A stretch of DNA of 64,000 nucleotides from the IMG/VR virus record IMGVR_UViG_3300032007_000001. One strand, given 5' to 3'. Origin of the DNA: a virus (Duplodnaviria; Caudoviricetes). The notes below the pieces were generated by a model that had not been told where the DNA came from, made no database searches, and saw only the letters and a list, made by a program, of their open reading frames with translations. Both the position numbers and the translations under genes were made by a program. Positions 20,497 to 30,702 of the stretch are shown here, in pieces (position 1 is the stretch's first letter; every line of letters begins with the position of its first letter).

Positions 20497-22084
20497 TTTT
20501 CTCCATACATGCTTTTATAAATCCTAAAAATAAAGGATGCGGATTATTCGGTCTTGACTTAAATTCTGGGTGGAATTGACAACCAACAAAATAATTATTG
20601 TTATCCATTTCCAAAATTTCTACAAGATTTTCTTTTTCATATATCCCAATTGCTTTGAAACCATTATTTTCAAAATCATTTAAGTACTTATTGTTGAATT
20701 CAAATCTATGTCGATGACGTTCAGAAATCAAATCTTTTTTATATAAATCTTTTACTTTACTATTTTTAAGCTTGCAAGGATAGGAACCTAAACGTTGTGT
20801 TCCACCTTTTTCTTTTACGTCATTCTGCGATTCCATTAAATGAATTACTGGATTTTCGCAATTCTCATCAAACTCCAAACTATTAGCATCATTCAAATTC
20901 AATACATTTCTAGCAAATTCTATAGCCATGCATTGCAATCCTAAACATATCCCAAAACATGGAATATTGTTTTCTCTTGCATATTGAATAGCTTTTATTT
21001 TTCCTTCTATTCCTCTATCACCAAAACCTCCTGGAATCAAAATTCCGTCCATTCCATTAAATATATTATGAATGTTCATTTTATCGTCTTCGAGAAGTTC
21101 TGATGAAACGTAAGTAATATTCAAACGTTTTTCGTAATGTGTGCATGCATGTTTCAATGCTTCAGCTATTGATATATATGCATCTTGAAGATTAACATAT
21201 TTGCCAACTATTGCTATTCTGATATCAGAAGATGAATGAAGTTCATGATAAACGTACAATTCCAAATCTTCCAAATTAGCAGGAACAGCACTTAATTCTA
21301 ATTTATTCAAAACAATATTATCAAAATTTTCTTTTTGGAAAAGAATCGGCACTTCATAAATTGATTTTGCTGTAACATTTTTAATAATAGCGTCTTTATC
21401 AACATCACAAAACATAGCTATTTTTTCTTTCATTTCTTGCGAAATATTATTATCAGTTCTACAAACAATAATATCTGGTTGAATACCAATTGAACGTAAT
21501 TCTTTTACGCTATGCTGAGTTGGTTTTGTTTTAATTTCTCCAGCACCAGAAATATATGGAAGAAGTGTTACATGAATATATAAAACATCATTTTTACCAA
21601 CTTCTTTTTTTACCTGTCTTATTGCTTCGAGAAATGGAAGACTTTCAATATCGCCAACAGTCCCGCCAATTTCTGTAATAACTACATCATAATTGGATTT
21701 ATCATAAATATGAGATTTTATTTCATCTGTAACATGCGGAATTACTTGAACTGTTTTTCCAAGATAATCTCCTTTTCTTTCCTTTTTCAAAACAGATTCA
21801 TATATTTTACCTGTTGTTATGTTTGATTCTTTGGAAAGATTAATATTAATGAATCTCTCATAATGTCCCAAATCCAAATCAGCTTCATATCCGTCTTCTG
21901 TAACGAAAACTTCTCCATGCTGATATGGAGATAACGTACCTGGATCTATATTCAAATACGGGTCAAACTTTTGTATAACAACATTTAATCCACGTCTTTT
22001 CAAAAGCATTCCTAAAGATGCAGCTGTTATTCCTTTACCAAGCGATGATACAACTCCGCCTGTTACAAATATATATTTAGCCAA
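20465..22084 (-). CDS. pyrG: CTP synthase
   Basis: [35 protein letters not shown], GATase GICLG and QFHPE; TTG start. Confidence 0.97.
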   Translation of the reverse strand: MAKYIFVTGGVVSSLGKGITAASLGMLLKRRGLNVVIQKFDPYLNIDPGTLSPYQHGEVFVTEDGYEADLDLGHYERFININLSKESNITTGKIYESVLKKERKGDYLGKTVQVIPHVTDEIKSHIYDKSNYDVVITEIGGTVGDIESLPFLEAIRQVKKEVGKNDVLYIHVTLLPYISGAGEIKTKPTQHSVKELRSIGIQPDIIVCRTDNNISQEMKEKIAMFCDVDKDAIIKNVTAKSIYEVPILFQKENFDNIVLNKLELSAVPANLEDLELYVYHELHSSSDIRIAIVGKYVNLQDAYISIAEALKHACTHYEKRLNITYVSSELLEDDKMNIHNIFNGMDGILIPGGFGDRGIEGKIKAIQYARENNIPCFGICLGLQCMAIEFARNVLNLNDANSLEFDENCENPVIHLMESQNDVKEKGGTQRLGSYPCKLKNSKVKDLYKKDLISERHRHRFEFNNKYLNDFENNGFKAIGIYEKENLVEILEMDNNNYFVGCQFHPEFKSRPNNPHPLFLGFIKACMEKNDERYSSSRQ

Positions 22085-22087
22085 AAC

Positions 22088-22912
22088 TTACACCGCCACT
22101 TCTATTTTCATTTGTTCGTTCTTTTCATAATTTATAAGCTTAAAATCTTCAGGTCTATAATCATAAAAATTATCATGATGATTGATTTCGAGTTTTGGTG
22201 CTGGATACGTTTTTCTTTGTATAAGTTCTTTTACTAACGGAATATGTCTATCATAAATGTGTGCATCAGCAATAACGTGAACCAATTCGCCTGGTTCTAA
22301 ATTAGAAACATGAGCAAACATATATACTAAACATGCATATTGCAAAACATTCCATGCATTTGCCGTTAAAATATCTTGACTTCTTTGATTCAAAATTGCA
22401 TTCAATTTGTTGCCTTTTACATTAAATGTCATTGAATATGCACAAGGATATAATGCCATTGAATGTAAATCTTCAAAATTATACATTGATGTAAGAATAC
22501 GGCGACTATTAGGATGATGTTTTAAATTATACAAAACATTATCTACTTGGTCCATCTCGCCTTCCGGAAAGATATATTTTTTATTTAATTGATAGCCATA
22601 CGCAGTACCAATAGTACCATCATCTTGACGCCAAGAATCCCAGATTTTACTATCTAACTCACTCAATTTATTGCTTTTCTTTTGCCAAATCCACAATAGT
22701 TCTGTTACACAAGATTTCAATGGAACTGGACGTAATGTCATAACTGGTGCTTCAATAGATAAATCATATCTATTAACAACGCAACTATTTTTAATAGTAT
22801 GTGCTGGAGTTCCATCTTCCCAATGAGCTCTTGTATCATCACTTTCATTCATATATCCATTTTCAAGTATATCTTCACACATATTAACAAAAATATCATC
22901 AAATTTGCTCAA
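22088..22912 (-). CDS. thyA: Thymidylate synthase
   Basis: ELLWIWQ, NSRRI, MALYPC, QRSQD, DAHIYDRH; start placed at TTG 22912 after AAGGA RBS. Confidence 0.95.
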   Translation of the reverse strand: MSKFDDIFVNMCEDILENGYMNESDDTRAHWEDGTPAHTIKNSCVVNRYDLSIEAPVMTLRPVPLKSCVTELLWIWQKKSNKLSELDSKIWDSWRQDDGTIGTAYGYQLNKKYIFPEGEMDQVDNVLYNLKHHPNSRRILTSMYNFEDLHSMALYPCAYSMTFNVKGNKLNAILNQRSQDILTANAWNVLQYACLVYMFAHVSNLEPGELVHVIADAHIYDRHIPLVKELIQRKTYPAPKLEINHHDNFYDYRPEDFKLINYEKNEQMKIEVAV

Positions 22913-22938
22913 TTCATATCCTTCTTTCTTTATAGAAA

Positions 22939-22967
22939 ATGGGAGCAAGTTTTTTGCTTGCTCCCAT
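22939..22967 (-). terminator. Hairpin / probable terminator after SSB gene
   Basis: ATGGGAGCAAG / CTTGCTCCCAT inverted repeat. Confidence 0.65.
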
Positions 22968-22979
22968 GTTTATTTATGT

Positions 22980-23651
22980 TTAATTGAAATTATCCCAATC
23001 TCCATCTGGTTCAGGAGCTTTTTTCTTAGGTGCTGGTGCTTCTTCTTCACCGATATCATCACCAGTTGCACCAAGAATTCTAAGGTTCATTGCTTTAATT
23101 TCTTCCACTGTATTGATTTTCACTGTTGCTTTTACGTCAACAGAATTCTTTACAGCTTCAATTTCTTCTTTTGTCAATGGAACTGGAGGCTTACCAACAG
23201 CTGTATATACTGTATTGAGCTTTTCGCCAGTTTTTGTAATGTTAATATCATATCCAGACGGGTCACCAAAATCTGGGTCCTTATACAAGGTTTGAATTTG
23301 CTGGAATACGCTCAACGGAAGAGAAGCAATCTTAACAGAAATCTTTCCGTCTTCATATCCTTCTTTTTTGGTCCAACTCGTCTTATCAATGACTTTTACG
23401 TTGAATGTACGCTTTGCTTTTCCACCTGCTTTGCAAATCGGACAATCATCACCAAGACAAACAATCTTATGCATTCTGCCTTCGTTGTCTCTTTCCCAAT
23501 GATTGAAGATTTCGCTTGGCTTACCAACAACACGAACAAGATTTGAACCAGGCATAATCTTGAAAAACATCGTTCCATCTTGGTCCATCCTGTTTGCGCC
23601 ACCAACTTCAGCGCCCCAATCCATACCGAAGTTTACACGTGATTCTGACAT
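22980..23651 (-). CDS. Single-stranded DNA-binding protein (T4 gp32-like)
   Basis: HW....C....CPIC zinc site, GYDINITKTG, acidic tail ending DGDWDNFN. Confidence 0.75.
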   Translation of the reverse strand: MSESRVNFGMDWGAEVGGANRMDQDGTMFFKIMPGSNLVRVVGKPSEIFNHWERDNEGRMHKIVCLGDDCPICKAGGKAKRTFNVKVIDKTSWTKKEGYEDGKISVKIASLPLSVFQQIQTLYKDPDFGDPSGYDINITKTGEKLNTVYTAVGKPPVPLTKEEIEAVKNSVDVKATVKINTVEEIKAMNLRILGATGDDIGEEEAPAPKKKAPEPDGDWDNFN

Positions 23652-23770
23652 AGTAAAACATCTCCTTATAACTTTTAATTTTCTACTAACATGAATACTA
23701 ATTTGATTCTAAATATTTGAATGCTTTTTGATTCTTTTGAGAAACATGTTAGAAGAGTTTTACAAAAAAG

Positions 23771-23814
23771 AAATAACCCAACAAAGGTGGGAAATAACCT
23801 TTTGTTGAGTTATT
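23771..23814 (-). terminator. Long hairpin / terminator
   Basis: AAATAACCCAACAAAGG pairs with CCTTTTGTTGAGTTATTT (imperfect). Confidence 0.55.
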
Positions 23815-23847
23815 TTATAAAAATTTTTCCTTATTAAATTTGAAATT

Positions 23848-24435
23848 TTAGTGATTTACAAAATTTTTTGCTATTTCTACATATTCTTTCGGTTCATCCT
23901 TATCCAATACGTTAATATCATCCATCGTTTCAATAAATTGCCATCTGCAATGTTCTCCATAAAAAATCTTATTGAATTTTGGTACTAAAATTGCTGGATT
24001 TTTTACGAAATTATTTCTAACTTCCTGATGTTTTGGGTCATATATAGACATAATTGAAAATGGCAAATCTCCCAAATATATGCCAATATGAACATTTTCA
24101 TCATAATCTTTTAAGTTTAATGAAATAATAACATACTTTCCAACATGGTTTTGTGTATTGTACCTATCATAAGAAATATCACTAACTATTTTATTTACTG
24201 TTATTGGATATTGAATAAACATTGGAACATAATCATCACAAATATAGTACATCGCTAAAATAAGTTCCAATTCACTTATTGCGTTAACTTCTGTTTTTAT
24301 TTCAGAATTCAATTTTTCTTTTAGTAGTTTGCATGACATTTGTTTTTTGCATGTAGAACAATTCTTTTGTTGAGGAATAATGTTTCCCTTATCATCGAAC
24401 TTTAGGTCAACATTCTTTATTTCCATCGTCTTCAT
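23848..24435 (-). CDS. Hypothetical phage protein
   Basis: 195 aa; CxxC near N-terminus; GIYLGDLP and NPAILVP motifs. Confidence 0.65.
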   Translation of the reverse strand: MKTMEIKNVDLKFDDKGNIIPQQKNCSTCKKQMSCKLLKEKLNSEIKTEVNAISELELILAMYYICDDYVPMFIQYPITVNKIVSDISYDRYNTQNHVGKYVIISLNLKDYDENVHIGIYLGDLPFSIMSIYDPKHQEVRNNFVKNPAILVPKFNKIFYGEHCRWQFIETMDDINVLDKDEPKEYVEIAKNFVNH

Positions 24436-25510
24436 CCTTTAAGCTTTTATGTTGTTTGAAAATAAGTGATTCTTCTTTTTTAAGTTTTTTATTGAATTCT
24501 TTCAATGTCTTTCTACTTTCATTTATTTCATTTTTCAATCCTTCTGCTTTAGCTTCGTATTCGTTTTTCTTTTCAATTAATGATTCAATCTGATTTTGCA
24601 ACTCATTTACATTATTTGTTACGATTTCCAAATCATTTTTTTTCCAAGCAATAAAAGCACTATGGTCTTCATTCATCTTTTTGAATTCTGACGATAATTG
24701 TTTTACATATTCTAATTGCATAATCGTTGCTTGTGCATTGATTGCATCATCAGAAAATCCAAATGAATTTCTCCAGAGAGTAAGAATAATATTGTCTGTA
24801 CTAACGGCAAAAAACACCATATCACTTATATTTAGAAAAAACCTTGTCGCTATATTATCAGATATTGAAGTATAAACTTCTACAGACTTTGCGAATGATT
24901 GAGAAAGTTCATCAACAATGGATATACGTTTATTATGATTTGCTTTGTAATGATTGTTATTGTTAACTCTTTCTTCCCATCTTTTTATACTATGAGAAGT
25001 TATATAGAAAATATTTCCATTTTTATTTACTGTATTTTCACATTCGAAAAATTTCTTAAGATATTCATCTGCTTGACGAAGTACCTTATGAATATAACGT
25101 TTGTGTTCTTCTTGATGTAAATTGTTTTCAACGAATTGGTCATATTCATCTTTTGATTTTACTTTGTTAGAAACAAAATCAATTTTAATAGAATCAATAG
25201 CTTCTTCTTTTAATGGTTTTACTATCAATTCGTTTTTATTATTTTTCTTGCAAAGAATACCAAACCAAAATTCATTAAATTTAATAATGTTTGTATTAAC
25301 ACAAGAATTCATAATTTTGTCTTTTAATTCTAAAAATTCTTGTGCTAATCTCATTTTTTCCATTGTCATAGGCATGCAATCGGCATCAGTAAACTGCAAG
25401 GCTTTAGCATGAACCAAAGCCTTGTTTATACCGTCCGTTTTCAATTTGCAGTCTAAGAATTTTTCAAGCGTTGTATCATCTAAATCTACAAGTCCAGTGG
25501 ACTTTTTCAT
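24407..25510 (-). CDS. Hypothetical protein with ITxHxxxRWxER motif and C-terminal coiled coil
   Basis: Start placed at ATG 25510 (MKKSTG) after AAGGATG; YITSHSIKRWEERV; heptad-rich end. Confidence 0.6.
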   Translation of the reverse strand: MKKSTGLVDLDDTTLEKFLDCKLKTDGINKALVHAKALQFTDADCMPMTMEKMRLAQEFLELKDKIMNSCVNTNIIKFNEFWFGILCKKNNKNELIVKPLKEEAIDSIKIDFVSNKVKSKDEYDQFVENNLHQEEHKRYIHKVLRQADEYLKKFFECENTVNKNGNIFYITSHSIKRWEERVNNNNHYKANHNKRISIVDELSQSFAKSVEVYTSISDNIATRFFLNISDMVFFAVSTDNIILTLWRNSFGFSDDAINAQATIMQLEYVKQLSSEFKKMNEDHSAFIAWKKNDLEIVTNNVNELQNQIESLIEKKNEYEAKAEGLKNEINESRKTLKEFNKKLKKEESLIFKQHKSLKDEDDGNKEC

Positions 25511-25538
25511 AGCTATTTCACATCCTTTCTTTTCTATT

Positions 25539-26717
25539 CTATTTAGAAGAAAGGATATTGTCAAGAGCCATTCTCTTTTCTATATATTTAAGCATTTCAT
25601 GTTTTTGTTTTTCATAACTTTCTTTAATTTTTTGAGTAAAAAAACCATTTGCTAATGACATCGGTAAGAAACAAAGCAAATCGTTTATAACAGCGAAATG
25701 TTGTTTATCGTAACCATTTTTTATAACAACAAAATCAGAACTATAAAATTCTGTTTTTACTTCACTCAAATCATTATTTGTATAATACAAAAAATAAAAT
25801 CCATTAGCAATTTTCTTTTTCTTTTTATTTTTATAAAATTTTTCTCTCGCTAATTGCATGTTATACAAATAATCATTAAACGATTCTGGATAAAATACTT
25901 TATTGTCTTTTATCATAAGAAAATTGAAATCATAATAAAAATTGCTTATCGAATTGTTTCTATTAAATGATGGGTATATATCAATACCATCATTTGATAG
26001 GATTTTTTTCATACTAAATCCAGTAATCTCATTGTATTTTCTACAATTTTTTATATATTTCGTTTTAACGTTAATAGCATTAAGAACATCCAACATCTTC
26101 ATATAAAAATCTGACTCAAATTGAACAAGATTCATGACAGTCAAAAAATCATGAATCGAAAAATTCGTAATATCTATTTTTTCAAAATAATCTTTCATTA
26201 CATACAAAATTGCAGTATAAGAGAAATTTTTTGTATTAAAAATAAATTCAAACGCTAACTTAAAATCTTGATATTTGCAGGGGAAAAAATAAATTTTTTT
26301 GCCATCTTTCTCAGCTAGTGTATAATCTTTCATAACAATCAAATCAGAAAGAGCTTCATTACAATACATAAATGAAAGTATAGAACAAAAAATATTTTTT
26401 ACATATTGATTGTTAACGTACATAGACTCATTATTAACATCTAGTGAATTTGTATTTGTAGATACTGTCCATGTATTCCAAGAAGAATAAGAACTATCAT
26501 TATATCGAATGATATAATTATTCTTCATATCATAATAAACGTTGCCTTCGTTATATATGTTGTTTTCGCTTTCTTCGGTTTTTACGTTTTGCAAAAAATC
26601 TGGCAAATATGAATGTTCTATTTTTGGTTGTTTAACATGAATATTAGCTACAGAATATCCAACATTGATATTATTTGGTGTTATGTTGGCCAATTTTTTT
26701 ATTGTTTTTGTTTTCAT
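25539..26717 (-). CDS. Hypothetical protein
   Basis: 392-aa ORF with GAGGTG RBS and own promoter. Confidence 0.65.
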   Translation of the reverse strand: MKTKTIKKLANITPNNINVGYSVANIHVKQPKIEHSYLPDFLQNVKTEESENNIYNEGNVYYDMKNNYIIRYNDSSYSSWNTWTVSTNTNSLDVNNESMYVNNQYVKNIFCSILSFMYCNEALSDLIVMKDYTLAEKDGKKIYFFPCKYQDFKLAFEFIFNTKNFSYTAILYVMKDYFEKIDITNFSIHDFLTVMNLVQFESDFYMKMLDVLNAINVKTKYIKNCRKYNEITGFSMKKILSNDGIDIYPSFNRNNSISNFYYDFNFLMIKDNKVFYPESFNDYLYNMQLAREKFYKNKKKKKIANGFYFLYYTNNDLSEVKTEFYSSDFVVIKNGYDKQHFAVINDLLCFLPMSLANGFFTQKIKESYEKQKHEMLKYIEKRMALDNILSSK

Positions 26718-26743
26718 ATTTATATCACCTCATTATATGATGA

Positions 26744-26772
26744 ATTATAACATAAAAAATAATTTTTGTAAA
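26744..26772 (-). promoter_or_regulatory. Sigma-A-type early promoter
   Basis: TTTACA-17 bp-TATAAT on minus strand. Confidence 0.7.
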
Positions 26773-26813
26773 TAAAAAAGAGCAACAAAAGTTGCTCTTA
26801 CTTTTTTGTTAAG

Positions 26814-27437
26814 TTATTTAATGTCTCCCCAATCAACTTCTGGAGCTCCAGACTTATAATCATTTCCTTCTTCAGCCAATCCGGCGTGATTGAAGTCCAA
26901 TGCATCTTTCTTTCTATATTCACCCAATTGAATCTGCATAGAAATGATAGAAGCCTGTCTAGAAATGACATCCCCAATTGCTTTAAGGTTACCTATTACG
27001 TTTGTAATTTCAGTCCTGAATGCCTCTATTTTTCCAAGTTGAAGTACTAAATTTGGATATTTAAGCATTGCTTCACCTTGACGCTTGTCTGCTGATTTTT
27101 GATTGCTTACTAAATTATTTGCAGCATATAGCATATCCAGTGTGCGTTTTCTTACAGCATATTCATGTTCAACATCATTTAAGATTTCGCTCAAACGATT
27201 TTTATATTGTTGAACGTGGTCCATCGTCTCAAGCAATTGGAACGTTGTTGGATTTTCATATGTTTGAACATCCATTTCTTCCATTTCATCGTGATATTTT
27301 GATAAATCCAATTTTGGCAAAGTAGAAACAATATCATATACTATTGATTCTAATTCATTAAAATCACATGCTTTTTTTGCATGAACTTTATCGATATTGT
27401 CCATTTTGTCATAAAAATCCTGCCTGTCATTAGCCAT
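26814..27437 (-). CDS. Helical protein, possible recombination mediator
   Basis: 207 aa, coiled-coil, directly downstream of sbcC; function inferred from context only. Confidence 0.4.
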   Translation of the reverse strand: MANDRQDFYDKMDNIDKVHAKKACDFNELESIVYDIVSTLPKLDLSKYHDEMEEMDVQTYENPTTFQLLETMDHVQQYKNRLSEILNDVEHEYAVRKRTLDMLYAANNLVSNQKSADKRQGEAMLKYPNLVLQLGKIEAFRTEITNVIGNLKAIGDVISRQASIISMQIQLGEYRKKDALDFNHAGLAEEGNDYKSGAPEVDWGDIK

Positions 27438-27452
27438 AACCTACACTCTCCT

Positions 27453-29492
27453 TCATAATATTGAAATTTGAGACCCTTTTATTGGGTCTTTTTCTATGAG
27501 AACTTTTGTATTAAAAGAATCCTGAAGTTCTCTTATATGCGTAATGCACATAACTTGCTTAAATATTGTACTAATTTTATGAAGTGTATCAATAAATTTT
27601 TGTCTTGCTGATGAATCTTGTGAACCAAGCCCCTCGTCAACAATAAAGAAATCAATCGTAGCTCCGGCACGTTTTGTCAAAAACTTGGCCAATCCAATAT
27701 GACATGAAAAATCTATCCTGAATTTTTCGCCGCCAGAATACGTTTCATAACTTCTCACATTGTTTCCATCATGAACCATAACATCCAATGTGTCTATATC
27801 TTTTTTGTTTCCCTTTTTATCAGTTTCAAATTTGATAAAAATTGAATTGTCGCTAAGCAATTTTAATATATTGTTTATTTCTTTTTCAATTTCTGGCAAA
27901 TCTTTTTTAATAATACTTTTTTGAATTCCTTTTTTAGAAAAAGCTACACTGACACTATCATAATCACTAAATTGCACTTTCAATTCATTGAGCTGTTTAT
28001 TCAATGATTTCAATAAGACTTGATTCCTTGCAATATCTTCTATTTGAGAATTTGCAACAGCAATTGTTTGTTCATTATTTGAAATTCTTCTTCTATAATC
28101 ATTTATTTCATCTTTTATTTGACTATCATTGAATGTCTTTTCTTCTATTTCATCAATTTGTATAGAAATGTTTTCGTCATACTGTTGTTGATATGTAGTC
28201 AAATTTTCTTTCAAATATTTTATATCATTAATTAATTTTTCTTTTGTTCGTTTGTTGTTTTCATTTATTTGTTTTTTACCTTGTAAATCCTTTTTTCTTT
28301 CTGAAATTGATTTGCCAGATGAAGACAATTCTCTTCCTTGTTCGTTAAGATTTTCTATTTCTTCATTATTTGAAGCTATCTTAACGTTCTTTTTCTTGAA
28401 CATCTCTTTTAATTCGCTCAAGTGGTTTTGCTTATGAGTTGGAGTTATTTCGTTTCCACAAAAATCGCAAATTGATTTATTATATTTATCTAAATCATCA
28501 TATTTTGTTCTTATCTCTCTTTTATCTTTTTCAAAGAATTCATTTTCTGTTTTTAATTTACTTATTTGTTCTTTTATATGTGAAATTTCATCTTTTTTCT
28601 CATCAATTTCTTTTTGACAATTTTCTATTTCATTATCATAATCAATATCTTCTACGTTTATATTTTTTAATTTATCATTGCTTATTTTCAAACGTTCATT
28701 TATAGAATCTATATTGTTTTTTAATTGTCTTCTTTGATTTATAATCAACTGATTTTTACTAATCAAAGATTCATATTCTATTTTTTCTTTTGTGATTCTT
28801 TCAAGTTCTTTATTTAAGTCATTTAATTGTTCATTTAGTTCTTCATTTTCTTTTTGTTTTTCTTTTATTGAATTTTTAATTTCGTTAATATCATCATTTT
28901 TGTCAGAAGCAAAATTGATTTTTGAAGTTAAATCATCAATTGCATTTTTGATTTCTTTTCTTTTTTCTTTTGCTTCTTTTTCATAATTTTCGTATTTTTT
29001 AATATCCAAAATCTGTGCAAGCGTTTCTTTTCTTTCATTTGGTTTTTTATTCATAAACCTTGCAGACATACCTTGCCCAACGCAAACAGTATCAAGAAAA
29101 ACATCATAATCCAACTTAATGACATTATTGATTTTCTTTTGCGTTTCAAGAATTTTTTCTGTTTGGTCATTACCATCAATATAAAATTCTAATTCTCTTG
29201 CACCATCACGAAATTTCCTCGAAATAATTAAATATTCCGTTCCATTCATTTCAAAACAAAATTGAATTTCAAAATGATTGCAATCATTATTTATAACAGA
29301 ATCCATTCCAGTACCTTTATTGTCAGTACAAGAATTCCTATAATATAATGCTGTTGTTATCATTTCAATAATAGAACTTTTTCCAGCTCCATTTTCTCCA
29401 ATAAGACAAAACAAATTTCCGAATTTTTCAAAATCTATTTCTGCATCTAAATAAGAACGATAACCATGAATTTTTAAGTATTTTGGCAGCAT
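27453..29492 (-). CDS. sbcC: SbcC/Rad50-like SMC ATPase
   Basis: Walker A GENGAGKSS, zinc hook CDFCG, signature YSGGE, Walker B FIVDEG, ITH switch. Confidence 0.92.
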   Translation of the reverse strand: MLPKYLKIHGYRSYLDAEIDFEKFGNLFCLIGENGAGKSSIIEMITTALYYRNSCTDNKGTGMDSVINNDCNHFEIQFCFEMNGTEYLIISRKFRDGARELEFYIDGNDQTEKILETQKKINNVIKLDYDVFLDTVCVGQGMSARFMNKKPNERKETLAQILDIKKYENYEKEAKEKRKEIKNAIDDLTSKINFASDKNDDINEIKNSIKEKQKENEELNEQLNDLNKELERITKEKIEYESLISKNQLIINQRRQLKNNIDSINERLKISNDKLKNINVEDIDYDNEIENCQKEIDEKKDEISHIKEQISKLKTENEFFEKDKREIRTKYDDLDKYNKSICDFCGNEITPTHKQNHLSELKEMFKKKNVKIASNNEEIENLNEQGRELSSSGKSISERKKDLQGKKQINENNKRTKEKLINDIKYLKENLTTYQQQYDENISIQIDEIEEKTFNDSQIKDEINDYRRRISNNEQTIAVANSQIEDIARNQVLLKSLNKQLNELKVQFSDYDSVSVAFSKKGIQKSIIKKDLPEIEKEINNILKLLSDNSIFIKFETDKKGNKKDIDTLDVMVHDGNNVRSYETYSGGEKFRIDFSCHIGLAKFLTKRAGATIDFFIVDEGLGSQDSSARQKFIDTLHKISTIFKQVMCITHIRELQDSFNTKVLIEKDPIKGSQISIL

Positions 29493-29533
29493 AAAAACAC
29501 CTCTAATGTTATTCTATGAAAAAAAAAGAAACC

Positions 29534-30292
29534 TCAAATGAGGCCTCTCTTTTCAAAGTTTTTCTTAAATGCTTCATAGTTGATGTCTTTTAAAAGTGCA
29601 AATACTACATTTTCTATGGTTGACGTTGAAAAAACATCCAAGAATAAATTGCTTACTGTATTTGGGTCCTGTGCAAATACTCCACAACCGAAAGCTCCAA
29701 GTATAAGAGTTTTGACATTGTTATCTTCTGCTGCCAATTTAATCAATTGCATTCTTTCTTTTAATGCTTTATCGTTTTCTTCAATTGTGAAGTTATTGTA
29801 TTTCTTAGCCACAGACCAATTTGGAGCTGCGCAAACAATTACATCATATTGTTTTGTATCTTTGCCCTTAAAGAATCTAATATCTTTACAATATAACAAA
29901 CGATTCCCATATAATCCTTTGTTTTTATGTTCATTATTATAAGAATAAAACTTGATTTGATTGCTCAATACATTATAAAGATAAGATGCATGACATAATG
30001 CTTCTTCTTGAGCGTTTGAACCGTCAAGAAATCTTCCTCCTGGATTACGATAAGAAGCAAAATCCAAAATACAAGCATTTTCATGATTAAATGCTTCACT
30101 TACAGTATCATTAATTTCCAATGTAATATTTGGCTTTTTTGCATTTTGATTTTCGCTTGCCGTTCTACTATCGAATACATTATATAATCTAACTTTAGCG
30201 TCTTTTATCTCGTCGCCGTATTTTTCTATCATTTCTTCATTGTGTTTTTCTGCCTGTGCTTTTAATTTATCTTTTCTGGAATAATAATTCAT
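29534..30292 (-). CDS. Microbial-type poly(ADP-ribose) glycohydrolase (TIGR02452/DUF2263-like macrodomain)
   Basis: FASYRNPGGRFLDGSNAQEEALC catalytic loop and LILGAFGCGVF. Confidence 0.85.
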   Translation of the reverse strand: MNYYSRKDKLKAQAEKHNEEMIEKYGDEIKDAKVRLYNVFDSRTASENQNAKKPNITLEINDTVSEAFNHENACILDFASYRNPGGRFLDGSNAQEEALCHASYLYNVLSNQIKFYSYNNEHKNKGLYGNRLLYCKDIRFFKGKDTKQYDVIVCAAPNWSVAKKYNNFTIEENDKALKERMQLIKLAAEDNNVKTLILGAFGCGVFAQDPNTVSNLFLDVFSTSTIENVVFALLKDINYEAFKKNFEKRGLI

Positions 30293-30306
30293 TATTTTCA
30301 CCCTTT

Positions 30307-30702
30307 TCAAATTTCGTTAAAATCATAATTATGCATCATATAATATGCTGGAAGATTAAAAAATCCAAGAGCATATATTTTTCTAGATACATTTAATTCT
30401 TCATCTTTTGACAATTTTGTCACAAATGGAGTATTATTTTGGTCTGTAAGAGACAAATTATCATTCTCATCAAAATGCAATCTCATATGAGTAAATGCAT
30501 ATTTATTGAAAATTTCCTTACCAATAAGATATTTTGCCGATTTTTTAGCGTTACCAATTCTTTGATACGTTAATCCGCTTCCAAAAATAAACGAATATAA
30601 ATCTTTTTTGTTCATTCGCTTCATGGCTGTTTTTAATTCGCCTTCAGAAGCAATTATACCATAATATACAAAACAATTACATTGAACTGGCTTCTTAAAC
30701 AT
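30307..30702 (-). CDS. Hypothetical protein
   Basis: 131-aa ORF overlapping sbcD end. Confidence 0.6.
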   Translation of the reverse strand: MFKKPVQCNCFVYYGIIASEGELKTAMKRMNKKDLYSFIFGSGLTYQRIGNAKKSAKYLIGKEIFNKYAFTHMRLHFDENDNLSLTDQNNTPFVTKLSKDEELNVSRKIYALGFFNLPAYYMMHNYDFNEI

